From Tubiluchus corallicola (Eukaryota > Animalia > Priapulida): a DNA stretch of 64,000 nucleotides. Under the pieces are notes generated by a model. The model was given only the letters and a program-made list of their open reading frames with translations, was not told the DNA's origin and did not search any database. The stretch is taken from positions 248,001-312,000 of the forward strand of contig JAQGDQ010000250.1 in assembly GCA_030141605.1 (NCBI GenBank). Direction: 5' to 3'. This document shows positions 1 through 13,700 of this stretch, piece after piece. A program made the position numbers and the translations under genes. Each line of letters starts with the position of its first letter. Position 1 is the first letter of the stretch.

Positions 1-1944
1 CTAATGTAAGTAACATTGTTTGGCAACAGTATGCACCTAAGCATGAAAGCCCAATTACCGTTATAAAGACATTCAATTTGGGCAAGTCCTGATAATGTAG
101 GCTGACTGTCAAAAAAGGAGATGCTGTACTACCCGCTAAATGCAAGTTAATGCATTCATTTGTTGTTATTTTACTGATAACTTATGAGTGTGCATTGAAC
201 AAGAAGACACGAACTAACACAGATAACTATAATTGCGATGTTGACCTTATGGTGCTCACCTTGCCATTCATATTATGTTATAGTAAAGTGGTAAAGAAAA
301 AAAAGAAGGAGGTGATTTTTTTATAAAATAAACTTGTCACAATCCAGTGTGCTCTGTGCTAGTTCAACTAAACCAGATGCTGATATATTAATCACACCTG
401 TCCACATTTTTCAAATCTTATTAGAGAGACCTCAACTTCTCCTAGAGGTATACTAGCATTTTATCTTTTATTTATTTGAGTTTGGGCAGCTATCACTTTT
501 ATTCCACTTTACAATAGACTATTAGTATATATTATTGTTAATAGCACATTGCAAAATATTTTTTACTTAAAGTCATAAACCTTACAAGGTCTGATATAAT
601 TCCTGAATGCTTCAGTTTCTAACTAACAGTTCTTTCTGACATTTATTTTCCTTATATATCCAAATTTCATTGCATCTTCTGGTTAATCAGGAATTGTTAA
701 TATAATGGCATTAAGCCTTTATTATTTGGAATATCAGTTTTTTCTATTTACACCAGCTGCCATGAAAAACAAAACTTGGGTGACAAATTAACTTGAAACT
801 GCTCTAAATAGTTATATTTACTTTAATTTTCTTCACTCTTATTGTTTGATCTTTGAATTAGTTTTTTTTTATTTCTTGCTGGAATTATTATAAATTTAAT
901 AATTTACAAACTCCGCGATTTCATTATTTTCTTTTGTTCTTCTTTTTCATCAGTTTCATGAATTAAATTAAAGTTTTTGTTTCATTTATTAATTTAAACT
1001 TTTTTCATTTTATTTGGTACCTATCGTTCGCCACTTCAGTTGAAACACTTGTTGAACTTAAATGTTAACTTTTGCCAAGTTATCATTATTTTCTTTTATT
1101 TTGTTTTCATACTTTGTTGATTATTATTACTTTTCTACATCTGCTTGGCGGTAGGTCACACTTTATTTGAATTCTGGAGAGGTGGCGCTGACCTCATAAC
1201 TGATTTTTGGTCTGTTTGTCACCCCTTATCTTTTCTATTTTTTTTGCTCTTGTTTATGTCGATTTTGTAAATATCAATATAAATTATTTTACTTATTTAC
1301 TTTCAACAACTACCCACACTCATAAAGATGATAGTCTATACCGGCAACACGCCACACCTACCACAACAACAATCTGCTCTGCGCCAAGCACAGTACGCCA
1401 CACCATGCAACACTCCACTGACTGATCTCACAATGACGATTGACGATAGGTCCACACCACCATGTGACCACCATTGAACAACGTAGCGAAACTATGCATA
1501 ATATCAGAGAACATCTATGGTTGGCTCCGATAGGCGTCGAATTTCGGTGGATTCTTCTATTGCCAACATATTTTTGTTTCAATTTTGCGTGCTTGACAAC
1601 AGCAGTTAAATATGCAGTAATTTAACAATTTTTAGATTAAGTCTTCTCATTTAGGCAGTTTTTTCGTCACTACAGTTGGAATTGCCTGTGACCTCCTGTA
1701 CGTTCTTCTCAATAGTCTTGTAAATTATCGTTACATTTATGTATTAATTGTTTGCTCTGCTTAATTCAATTCAATTTTATTTTCTCAATAGCAGTTGAAA
1801 TTCGTCATTTACATTTCATTGCAGCTGAGAAGGAGCAGCGAAAGACCTATTGGTCACTTGGTCAGCTGATCCTTATTAAAAAAACAAGTTTACTCACAGG
1901 CTCATGACATTTTTTAGGTGTTTGTGTATATATAAAACTAAAAG

Positions 1945-2335
1945 GCAAAAGTAACAAAAATCAACTCAAAGCAGAAATCCAATTCAAAGCATAAGAAGGC
2001 ATAACATCAAGCAAAAAATTAATGAAATTCAATGTTGAGCAAAAAATAATATCAAACAAAAGCAACAAAAATCTACTCAAAGCAAAAATGCAGTTCCACT
2101 CAGAATAAAAGGAAGTTATCACAAGCAATGCAAAACGGAATTTAACTTATAACAAAAAATTATATCAAACAAAATGAAACTCAAAGCGAAAATTTTATAA
2201 AGCAAACGCAATTCAACTGAAGGTAAAAGAATTTGTCAGAACCAAAGCAAAACATAATTCAGCTTAGGGCAAAAATTATATTACACAAAAGCAACAAAAT
2301 CAAACTCAAAGCGAAAATTTTATAAAGCAAACGCT
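1945..2335. repeat. Degenerate A-rich ~110-bp tandem repeat
   Basis: Recurrent aaaagcaacaaaa..aactcaaagc and aaaaattatat motifs, 3-4 copies. Confidence 0.7.
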
Positions 2336-3524
2336 TACAAATGTCGTGTTATCGTTAATCAAAATTAATGACGGTTATGATAAGATATTGTTACGATTGT
2401 AAATCTACTTAAACATCTGTAACATTTCTGGTTATTGATTAAAAGTAAGTTACTAGTTGAAAAATTTTTCCTCAGCAGATTTGTCAATTTAAGATCGCAT
2501 CTTGTTAGAGATGACTCCAACATGAAGAAAGCTCAGATGGAGCAGAGATTAACACTAACAGTTAATAATAAAGCTTTTATCACAAGTAGGAGGAAAGCAA
2601 TGTGATGGAAGCGAGTGTTGGCACAATTGAGGCCATAGTGCTCTCACATGTGTGTTAAGGTGCTTCATCATACTTGTAACTAATATAGTAATAATTTGTT
2701 AAAGCTTTGTTTTGCAGGCCTACCCAATTTAATGTCACAATTCAATAAAACAGTCTTTGCTTTTACTAAGTAGTAGTGATGTGTTCGATTAATTGACTTA
2801 ATAAATTATAAGCGATTCAACTTTTGTTTCCGATCGTCAATTGTTTTTGCGGCTGCCGACACAAATCGACACCTATATATTATAAACCTACTTTTTGGCT
2901 AATCCGCAAAAAATGCATGACAAATATTGCCATCAATATGGTCAAATTTAGTGTAATGGCACTACCTTTGTGAGTAGGTTAATACACTGGCATTGCCACT
3001 TAAGGGTGAATGTTTTTCATAAGCACAAACTTGTGGTTTTCATGTGTGCCTTCTTTCTTTCTTGAACATAGCATTATAATCGATGCTCGAATCGATTTTA
3101 TATCTAACTAATCAATTATGTAAATGCAACCAGTAATGCACTTCTCACCAGACTGTATTGTGGTGTGTGTATGTTTCTGCTTGTTGTCGCCACGAGTCAT
3201 AATGATGACTCACTGTGGTTTGCTTCTTCTTGAGCACAATATTGCATGTACATATCTGATAAGTACGTAGTCCATCACTACTACAGAAGTGAAGCAGTAT
3301 CAAAACTTAAAGACAGAACAAATGAAAATGCGTTGCTATGACTATAAAAGTAGATATGGTGGTAGGTATGACCTACTGTACATCTACTAATTAAGCAAAA
3401 GGTCTGGCTTTTACTGCGTGTAAGTGAGCACTGAACGTAGTCTAATGGTCACTACTGAATAGTTGTGTAAAATTTGTTGGTTATATAAGATTTCATATTC
3501 TTTGGTTTATTGCAGTGTTTGATA

Positions 3525-6500
3525 ATGGAAGATGATGACCTTGACTTTGCTGAAGTTCCAAAGAGAGTAAGTACATTAGTAAATATATTAATTTTTCATA
3601 TTTTTACGTTTCAAATTTTTTACTCCGTCTTGCAAATCTATGCGTAAAAACTGACCTTGACTTTGCTGAAGTTCCAAAGATAGTAAATACATTAGTGAAA
3701 TTCTAATTACATAAGTAACATACTTGTTACTGTTGCTTTGTTGTTGTAGGAGGTCAGGCAAGGCAGAAGAGCTCGCCCGGACACAGTTGAAGATGATACC
3801 TCACGTATGAATGTATGTGCAGAATAAAACCAGTATGGTAGTACGTGCTGTTTGCTGTACCTTCAGTAGCACATAAAATCCTGTGCAATATGACCTGTTA
3901 GCTTTACAGACCTGAATTATTCACATAATTATTATCGCACAGCTACTGGCAGCTGAGTTATTGAATGTTATAACTTCTGTTTTCAGGGTGACATTCCGCC
4001 AAGGCCGAGCAAAAGGACAGCAGGATGGGGTGAAGATAGACTAAAGTACGTGTAGCACGTTAATGAAACTATTTTATTCTTAATGTTTTCATAAAAAATA
4101 GTAACAATATATATATATATATATGTGCAGGCATCACCATATTTTGCATCCAGATCAATGAACATACAAGGTAAAAAGTGTCAGGAAATGTACAGAAGAA
4201 GCTAAAATGAATAGATGAAAAGTGACAATGCCACTACAACATTCATTTAATCTTAAGAATATGTGAGAACACCTGTCATAATATTAATAATATCTACTTA
4301 ACATGTGCAGCTATGCTTGATACTTAAATGAACATTGTACAGTTCACTTTGGTTTCTTAGTGGGAATTGTGTCATGACTCTTTTCTCCAAAAATTTCTTT
4401 GGTTTTTTATTTCTGACAAGGAGTGAAAAAAAATTTAAAAAAAACATATTAAAAAGAAATATCTTAATAATTAAAATATTGAAAATATGTTTGTATCTAC
4501 TTGTCATTGCTTTTAAATATAGTGTGACTACTTCTTTTGTTATCCTCTAGTCAATGTCGTGTATATTATACTCTTCATTTTTGTGTTGTCTCCTTCCTTA
4601 TTTTTCTTTTCCTTTCTTCCTCTACACCTTGGCCTTTTGTAAGTGTTTGTTGTCTCACTAGCATCATGTTCTTTGTTTTTGTCGATCTTGAGCCTAGCAA
4701 GCTCTGTGAACTGTTCTTTACTTTGCTTAGCATGTAACTTTTTTCCTTGTTTACTTTGTACATGGCTTTTTCAACTTCTTCTTTTTATTGTTTCTCTTAT
4801 TCTTTTCCTTCCTTGCTTTTTTCTCTCATGTTCTTTTGCTGTGTGTAAAAGAGGTTGATTAATAGATAATCGCTTTGTTTCCATCCACACAACCAATTGC
4901 AACTTTAAAGATGGCAGTCGAAATAAAAATGTCATAAATTCAAAAATTGCAATTTAATTTGTACATAAAATGATTGAATTATGAGCCTAGGAAGTTGCAT
5001 TTTTCTGCAGTTTTGGTTTTTGTACAATTATGATTATAATGTGTAGTTATGTGATTATCTCTTAAATATTTTGATTTCTGTTTAGAAATACTAAATGTAT
5101 ATAACAAAGTGCAAAATCTTTAAGTTAATACATTAGTATTGAATATATTTTTCAGTTGTTAAGTGGTTGAACGTACATTAATTTGTTTTCCTTCATAGAA
5201 TAATGTAGTGCATTTATTGTGTTTTCTTGTCTGTAAATTATGTCAATGACAGAAGTTTGTCTTTAGCAGTGATTTGGCTTTCTATATGTGCTCTCCTTTA
5301 TTTTAATATAACTGTTTTTCAGGAAGAAAAGCCCAGCAGAACCTGAAGAGTAAGTAAAATTTGTTTTGATGGAATTTCAAAACTTGGGTGTGATAATCTC
5401 AGGTTATTTTTTTTTGTTCTTGCATTATATTAATCATCGGTAAGCAAGAACAGTTTAGTCTTACTACCTCAATGCTTCTTATAACATCTCAATGTCATGC
5501 CTCATAGAGTTTATTTTTGTTGCTCCCACGACTCTGCTTAGGTACTATATCCAAACGACAAAGAAATGCCGTAATTTAACAAACACACTAACAAAAGAAT
5601 GAACACGGCATGTCCAGAATTCTTCTAACTTTTGATCTCGCTTGAGTTGACAGAAAATCAGAGTTAAATAGATTCATGTCAAACAGATTTGACTTCGTTA
5701 AATCTGTAAAGGCACCAATATATATTTTTTAGCAAATTCGTGTAATTTTACTTACCACTTTTTATAACAGCATTCACAGGTAATGACTTAACATTATAGT
5801 TTTCTAATATTTAAAGTAGTAAGTTCATTGTCATTTTATTTAATTTTATAGTGATAGATTAAGGCAAAGTCCACATGATGACGACTCATCTGAGCTAGGT
5901 ATGTAGACATCCAAATACATCAGCTTCTTACATCAGTGTATTTAGCAATGTTTATCAAATTATACAAAAAATCACTTATTTTAGTGCGTTAATCATATAT
6001 CATTAAAAGTACATAAAGCTTTTGTTAGTTTGATAATAATTTTAATAGATGGCAGTATCAGCGTTGTAAACAATGCTAGTAACTTGACGACATCTGTGTA
6101 CAAGAAAGGGAAAGGCATTATATGCTGGCGCACTTTTAATGCATAGCTTTATTATCAATGCTGTGATAGCAGTCTGTTTTTTGTAGTTAATGCTGTAATA
6201 GAAACTGGCCAAGAAGAGGTAGAAGAAGGTGTTGAATCTGAAACTCCCCGGGGTAAAATGGACGGCTTTCGTTGCCTGTTGCCGTGATTAAGATAAAATT
6301 AAGCACTCCACGCATCGAGTTTTGCAGTGTGCACATTTTTGTAGATGTTTTTGCTGATAAAAGTTAGAAACCTACGAATTGCAGTGCTATTAGTATTTGT
6401 GGCACACATACACAAAGGCTGGTATAAAAATATTTTTGTAGAAGTTGATATATTTTAACAAGGACACGCATTTTTGCTGCAAATGGAGATATCTCAGTAC

Positions 6501-8700
6501 ATCTTCCCGGCTGGAATTGATGAAAGAAATTTGATATCATTAGTGTGATGCGTCTTAAAGCGTTACTTTTGTCACTTCATATCATCAGTAATTGTCATCA
6601 TGTCTATTTGGCATGCTACTTTTACTTTGCCGCACTTTTCCTATAATGTTTTAATTGTTTTCATGTAGCAGCTTCAAAAAATTATTTGAGTTTATTCGAC
6701 CCAGTTGACGGTAACATCCAAGCCCAAATCTTTAACAGTTTAATAATGTTAAATGACACTATAAAAAATCCTAGTATTCTTGTATTTAAAAAAATAGTGT
6801 TTGATCCGCTTTCGAATTTGTAGGATTTTGAAACCCTCCTTTGAAATGTGCAGTGTTAGATTTTCTTTTAGTTTTTTGATTTCGGTCATTCTTGATAAAA
6901 GTGTGTGACTTCTGTGACTTGAAACGTTAATACAGCAGATTAATGATAAAATGACTATTACTGTAACTGTAAAATTTTGGCATAATATTGCTTGATTTGG
7001 TAATATCTAGCATATGGCCAGGAATATTACACGACGGTGTTACGCCTTTGTTTTCTCCCTTAGATAAAGTACTTTTTGATTAAAGTATTATTATGTAGGT
7101 TGTGCAAAACATCAATGAGTTCACTTTTTTCAGACTTGCCTGTAATTCCCGACTTGGATGATGTCCAGGAAGCAGACATGGCTAACCAGATTGCACAAGC
7201 ACCAAGGTTTATTACTTTTAAAATTATAGTAATTGTTTGTACTTAGTTGGCTTTTTTACTGTTTGCTGCTGTATAGTGTTTTTATTCTTTGCGGAAGAGT
7301 TTTTGCGTTAAAACAATTTCGTGATGTATAATGTAGTACTTATTAGTTGTTATTTTTTTTATTTTAGTGTTACGGTGAACAGAGTAGCTACATATAAGGA
7401 GCTGGATTATGATCTTCTTAAACATGCCGCTTTTCTTACACTGGTAATTAAGCTTGTACATAAATAGTATTGAACTACAGTCAAACCTTGTTATACCGCG
7501 TACTTCGCGGGACCAGAAAAAAGCTGGTATTATAATGAGATGCATTAATACATACATGTGTATGCAAATATAAAAATTTGTTTTGCCAAAAGTAAAGGCG
7601 TTCAGTGAGTATGGCACTATAAACGGTGGCGTTATAATGAGATTTCACTGTATAGTTTGACATTGCGGATTAATTATTGTAAAAATAGAACGCCCCTTCC
7701 TGGACGCACTATGAAAAATCTTTACTTTATATACTTGCCAGAAAGTTTAGGCTACATGTAAGTAGTCAGAGGTTTAGTTAGGAATTCTGCAAATACATAC
7801 GGATAAGTTAAACTGTAAAAATCTGAGATTGCATCACAGGGAACCAATCAATTGTTCACTTGAAATTTAATGTGTGATCACATGCACTGCTAGGCAGTGT
7901 AGAACTTTCAGTAAATAACTGTTTCTGGTAAAACAAATATCATGATCTAAATTGTTCCACAGCATTTGAACAATTAACTGACTTGAAATCAAATATTTTC
8001 TTAACGTTGTTTGATACTTACAGGATAATGAAACAGATTTAAAAGTGTTGGCTAAAGCTTTGCATGCTGAGACAGAAGTGTTGGAGGTATTTCCATTTTA
8101 CTTTATCCCGTTTCGATTTCCAACTGCTCGTAACTTCTTTATGACTGTACCGGGTAGCATAGCTCAATGGTAGCATGCTCGCTTACCGCCCCGAAGGTTG
8201 TGGCTTCAACTCTCGACTCAGTCATACCAAAGACTTGAAAAATGGTACTGCTGGTTCTTTGACTAAGCCTGCGTGTTTATCAAAGTAACATGTGGGTAAT
8301 AATAATCGGGACCACTTTGGAAATAAATATTGAGTTACTTAAGGTGTTATCCTTGGACTATGTCCTAAACAAAATTATTATTATTATTATGACACAATTG
8401 ATTTTTCTCATATTGAGGTGAATACAACATTAAAAATTCGAAAATTCAGACAATTTTTGACATTGTATAACTGTGACTTGTTCATATTCAAAGCTATTCT
8501 GCTTGAATTCTGCACTTTCAATAACAAGAATTGAATATTTTGCTAATTCTAAATAGTCTACTACATTATTGCATTTGTAATTTCATTCTTAGCCTGATCA
8601 TCCTTGGGAATGGGAGCGTTTGTTTACGGAAGTTTCGTCAGAACTGCACCAGGAGTGGGATAAAGCGCTTGAAATCAGTGACGACGAGGAAACGAACTAG
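3525..8700 (+). CDS. IFT43: Intraflagellar transport protein 43 (IFT-A subunit), spliced, 185 aa (207 aa if candidate exon 6187-6252 is included)
   Basis: Exons 3525-3566, 3750-3812, 3987-4045, 5323-5349, 5852-5898, 7134-7206, 7368-7443, 8024-8086, 8593-8700; all GT-AG, phases consistent, 558 nt total. Translation [80 protein letters not shown] matches the recalled IFT43 motifs (IPDL, [19 protein letters not shown]). Confidence 0.93.
6187..6252 (+). CDS. IFT43: Candidate symmetric (phase 1-1) cassette exon of IFT43
   Basis: gtctgttttttgtag acceptor, 66-nt open purine-rich segment (VNAVIETGQEEVEEGVESETPR), G|gtaaaa donor; frame-preserving between exons 5852-5898 and 7134-7206. Confidence 0.5.
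7478..7650. mobile_element. Tc1/mariner (pogo/Tigger-like) MITE
   Basis: TA-flanked; TIRs cagtcaaaccttgttata / tataatgagatttcactg; related copy at 10419-10586. Confidence 0.75.
8149..8390 (+). mobile_element. tRNA-derived SINE
   Basis: A-box-like tagctcaatgg, B-box-like gcttcaactc, core gtcataccaaagacttgaaaaatggta, (tta)n tail; second copy at 14047-14322. Confidence 0.8.
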
Positions 8701-9371
8701 GATGCGGTTACAAGTTGGTTGCGTTTTCCTGAAGAATCGGGATCGTTGTTCTGTGTATATGCTGTGATAGTGTAAATATTTTATGATTGTCGGTTTGTCA
8801 CGTTAGGTTCTACAAGTGTTTTACGAAGTTTTGCCTTCGGATTGTACAAAAATATACACGCTCTACTGTAATTAACTGGACAATATAACAACGAGACATG
8901 CATTTAAAATTGGTATTGAAAAACCTGCCACGAAGTAAGATTGAAAGCAAACTACAGTGAACTAACTTATGTACTGCAGATGGATGCTGTTTAAACTTTA
9001 ATCGCAATTTCCATCATGTAAGAAACTAAATCTAAATCACGTAATTTCAAGATAATTTTATCTTAACTATCTGTTTACTCAAACTTTGGTCTATTTAGGG
9101 ACATGAGCTTTGCAGGTAGGCCTTTGCTTGTACAGCATAAATTATTTGAGGCTTAGTATCTAAAACAAACATCTTTTTAACTTAAGTTAATCATCCGGTA
9201 ATATGTAATTAAGGACATCTCCTTGACAGCTGTGCTTCAAGTTAAGTAAATTTGGACTCAACATTTTACTGTTCCAACATAAAAAATCTTAACTTTTTTT
9301 CTCTAAGCGTTAATATTATTATTGTTTAGTATTTATTAAGCATAGACCTAGTAGCAAATATGATAGTGAAT

Positions 9372-9377
9372 AATAAA
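9372..9377 (+). terminator. Candidate IFT43 polyadenylation signal AATAAA
   Basis: Canonical hexamer ~670 nt after the stop, followed by a T-rich stretch; no transcript evidence. Confidence 0.4.
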
Positions 9378-10418
9378 CTGTCACGGAATCTGTAATTTTT
9401 TATTACTGTTTCTTGTATTATTTGATATTAAAACGTTGAAAGCACTTATCTGTAAGAAAATTTACTGGCAGCCATTTTAATCAGTTTCACTAGCGTCTTG
9501 CGATAATTATTAATAGCTTGGCCCTCACACATCAAAATTGGTACCCTGCCAAATGAGAGCTCATCTTCAACAAACTTGCACTTATATTAGGTTTCACGAT
9601 AGATTTCTCTAATAGTACGAGTTATACTGGCTACAAATGCTTTGTTACTGACCGTACTCTATGTAGAGTTACTGAAATTTATAATAGTATGAGTTGTACT
9701 GGCACATAATTATCTTATTTAACTAATGCTTTTCACTGCCAACTATGATTTACAAAGTCAATGAGAAAGACAGCCCCTGCACTGAAAAATTGGCTATGGG
9801 ACAGACATACTTGATACTAAGGTGACATCTGCTGGAAATGAAAGCAAAAAACAAAACATGATTACGAGAGAGGCTTTAATGATTGAAAAAACAAAAAGTT
9901 AACCAAAGTCTTATATATGCTGATTTTCCACACAATAATCTGTATGAAACAATTCCATATTTACGGAAACGTCAACAATGTCTGTTTTAGCATAATTTCA
10001 GAAAAGTTACAACATTTCGCTTGCTCTTATTATGAGCAACATTTCATTGCGTCAAAGAGCGCAGGAAATTATCTGCACAAAATACAATAATATGTTCATC
10101 AATAACTCCACTTCACATCACCAAATGTGATACACATAGAATTCACACCAAGCAATAATGAGCAACAGCTCAGTTTAAACAAATGTTCATTGATTACTTA
10201 CAGTACAAAACTACATTCAAAAAACATTAGCATTACCGGTATGAGTGTGTAAAAACATTGTCGAAAGCTCAAACAACTAACAGACAGCAACAAGCTTAGG
10301 TCATTGGAAACCCAGTAATTAGAAAACAATACCCATGGTGCTGTAGCTACTAAGCTATTATATGGTTTACATTCAACATAGATTATTTAAAAACTACTTC
10401 CCAAAGTTTTTATGATTA

Positions 10419-10586
10419 CACTCAAGCCTCATAATACTGCCCACTTCGTGAAACCAGAAAAAGTTGGTACTGGAGGATACGATAACAAGGTACGCTAATA
10501 CATACATGTCTACGCAAATACAGTCATTTTCTTTTGCCAAAAATTTGAGCATTTAGTAAAGGGGGCATTATAACGAGGGTTGACTG
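10419..10586. mobile_element. pogo/Tigger-like MITE, same family as 7478-7650, just downstream of the OTUB1 stop
   Basis: TA-flanked, ends tataacgagggttgactg; shares the internal taatacatacatgt..atgcaaata..ttttgccaaaa. Confidence 0.72.
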
Positions 10587-10742
10587 TATCTTAATAAATT
10601 TATTTTGAATATCTTCTGAGAATGTGCACCCAGGCGACTTGTGCTTTGTATACATAACTAACGTTTAAGATGCTACCCAACAGTTCACATAAGTGTGACT
10701 GCAATACAAAACAATGATAATGTACAGTACTGGAGCAATAAA

Positions 10743-13700
10743 TCATGGGTATAAAATGTCATAATGCCCAGGCCTATACAAGAGATAAACCTGAGGAGTG
10801 CACCCTGTTGGAAAATCATGGTGATTAACGTCTCCTTTGTGGCGGTCCATGTACTCGATGCGAACTCCCACGCTGGTTGCAGCTGTCAAGGCCGTAATAT
10901 GAATGTGATCACTTTCCTTAGACATCGGCTCAACTTCCTGCAAAAAAAACATGAATTAGCAGGGAGGAAACAACAACTGTGCAATAATTGCGTTCTGTAG
11001 AACTGTCTATGTTAATGTAATGTGCAAAGTAATACAAAGATTGCACATCCTTATGTTATACTGTACTTTGGTTTTGCTTGGCTTGTTTGCGAGATGCACT
11101 GCCGACTGATCACAACATTCTGATTGGTGAGTGACGTTGAGAATGATGCTGAAATTGGTCAGCGAATGTGCCAAGTCGAGAGATTAGGTTTGATACTCGC
11201 TCTGGGCAGTTTTTTGCCGTGCTAATTCTGGCTGTTCATCTCATAGAGTGAGGAATTAGAAACATCTGAACGTGACTAAGGCACCTCCACCAGTACAGTG
11301 GCTCGTCTTATAGGATTAGTCTTGATAACAGCACAGGTTCCAATCTCGCCACGAGTGCGTGGACCAAAAGTTATCAAATAATATTACCTGATGACAAAAC
11401 TCTTTCATGGATCTTCCACCCTCGACAAAACTGGAGTAGAATTCAGCTTCTTTCTGAAGATGACCTGATGTTAGCAACCTGTTAACATAAGCTGTTATCA
11501 ACTTCACAATACTCAAGCAACTTGAACAAAGACGAAATATATCTAACATAATTGCATTAAAGAATTTATAGCTTTAATTGTCACACTTTGGTTCAGGGCG
11601 ACAATAAAAATACTTCCATTTTTTGTCTAGTCGCCTGGGTAATATTTTTTATTGCACAAACAACCGGGAATTTTATAAATTTTTTTTGTACGTTCATATG
11701 CTTACATGACACGAAAAGCCTATTTTTTAATTTAAAACATAAAACAAAAATTATTACAACCTTGTTGTTTCGGGAGAACACAGCCATGTTTTTCTACAGC
11801 TAACAAACAGCCGAGGTTGCCGTTTTGTATGATGCTAGTAAATGTATTGGAGGCTAAAAAGTATCGTACTTTCCGCCAAATCAGCATATTAATGGTCGAG
11901 CAGAGTTGCAAAAAGAGACTATACGATAATTATATGATATTTATACGATAATTCAGTAATGCAAAACAAAAAACTGAGCAAAAGATAATGCACATTGAAA
12001 AAATTTAAAACATTAGTGCTTATCAGTTGGAAATAAACAAACTTTGATTTCATGTGATCCAGCTGTAAAAATTCAGAAAGCTTAAAAAGTTTTTTTGAAA
12101 AAGAAATTTTTCCTCCCTCCCACTGACATCTTTTGAGCTCGTGAGGTAAGACAGAAACAATTTTCTTTCAATCTATGCTAAACGGCCTTAGCAAACTGCT
12201 GGTTAGTTTTGGAGAGAATTTACCTTAAATAAACAACAATGTAATCCGAAAAACTTTGGTCATTAAAGATGTCCAGTAGCTCATCTAGTGAGATCTTCTT
12301 TTCCACTTTTTCGATAGCTTCCATAAACTGGAAAGCAACATAGATAAGTTGAAAAAGAGATACCTATGCTTAACAAACCAATTCAAATTTCATAATCAAT
12401 GCAACCCACGAAGAATACATTAAAAATTAACTTTAATATTTTCTAATAATTAAACAAATAAAATCATCACAGCACAATGCTGACTTACAGTGGTGTAAAA
12501 ATCATCAATAGTAAAATCCGGAAAACCTAGAGATACCAGATCATCCTTTGTTTTCTTAGCAAATGTCTTGAACCTAGTGAATATCAAAAAGCTGTGTTTC
12601 TAAGCATAGTTGTAAATAGAATGAGTAATATAGTAATGACAGATACTCTAAACTATAGATTTTTAAAGAAAGTCGTAGTTGGAAAATGCACAAATCCAAA
12701 TCAATGTTATAAAATTTATAAAATGTCAAAATTAAATAGGTAAGACAAATTAATACCCAAAAACTGATTAAAAATGTTCAGCATCAAAGTTGACTATATG
12801 AAAAATCATTCATTTCAGTCTTAAACAATTAGTCACATGATCCCATAAAAATGTAACTATAACACATGGGCTACCTTATTAATAGAAATGTATAGATGTT
12901 CAGAATATAAAAATAATAAGCCAAATCCACGTGAAAACATAAAAATTTCAGGCTTTCTATTCTATATAACTAACATTTGCAGGACTAGACAATTCTCCAT
13001 GACATGGGTTGAAATGACACATGATATGGGTTGAAATAGCACATGACATGGGTCACATGGGTCTCCGTCACATGACATGTGTTGAAATGACACATGACAT
13101 GGGTCTCCGTCGTATGACATGGGTTGAAATGACACATGACATGGGTCACATGGGTCTCCGTCACGTAACATGGGTTGAAATGGTACATGACATGGGTCAC
13201 ATGGGTCTCCATCACATGACATGGGTTGAAACAAATTTAAATTAACGAGTTTCAAGGTTTGGACCAAATTTTCCAGTTACCGGATTATTCCACATAAAAG
13301 TGAATAATAGAATTAAAAAATTACATACTGTAGCTGCTGGATAATTAATTACACAGTTACTGTAAACACTTGATGAAAGTAATTAAAATACTTTTCCAAA
13401 TCATCCGGTGATTTCATCAACTTTTCCATGTAATTAAATCCGAATGCCCGAAAGAAGCAGTTTCCATCTCCCCTGGTTTTACGCAACTCTGAATACTTGG
13501 CTTCTAGGTTCTAAAAAGGCAAGAGAAACTGCGAAAACTTGGACAACAAATCACAATTTAAAAGGGAAGAAAAGTCTATATTAAATTATGTCCCAAAAAA
13601 CTTTCCACAACAAAGTTATATTACTTAGCATTACATTATATTACCTGTTTGAAAGACTTACATGACTAGAAAAGAAAAGACTATTAAAGTAATTTAAAAT

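Noticed and set aside
272-330. U12-type AT-AC intron acceptor on the - strand
   Set aside because: Poor branch consensus and no matching ATATCCT donor seen upstream.
1100-1640. Short ORFs 1207-1625 or an LTR-retrotransposon leader
   Set aside because: No recognisable domain, second LTR or convincing primer-binding site.
4510-4860. Pyrimidine-rich block giving Lys/Glu/Arg-rich - strand ORFs
   Set aside because: All frames are interrupted and no domain was recognised; possibly decayed transposon coding sequence but unsupported.
12962-13267. Cys/His-rich repetitive ORFs resembling metal-binding peptides
   Set aside because: Open in several frames on both strands because of a stop-poor minisatellite in an OTUB1 intron; no supporting splice or start context.
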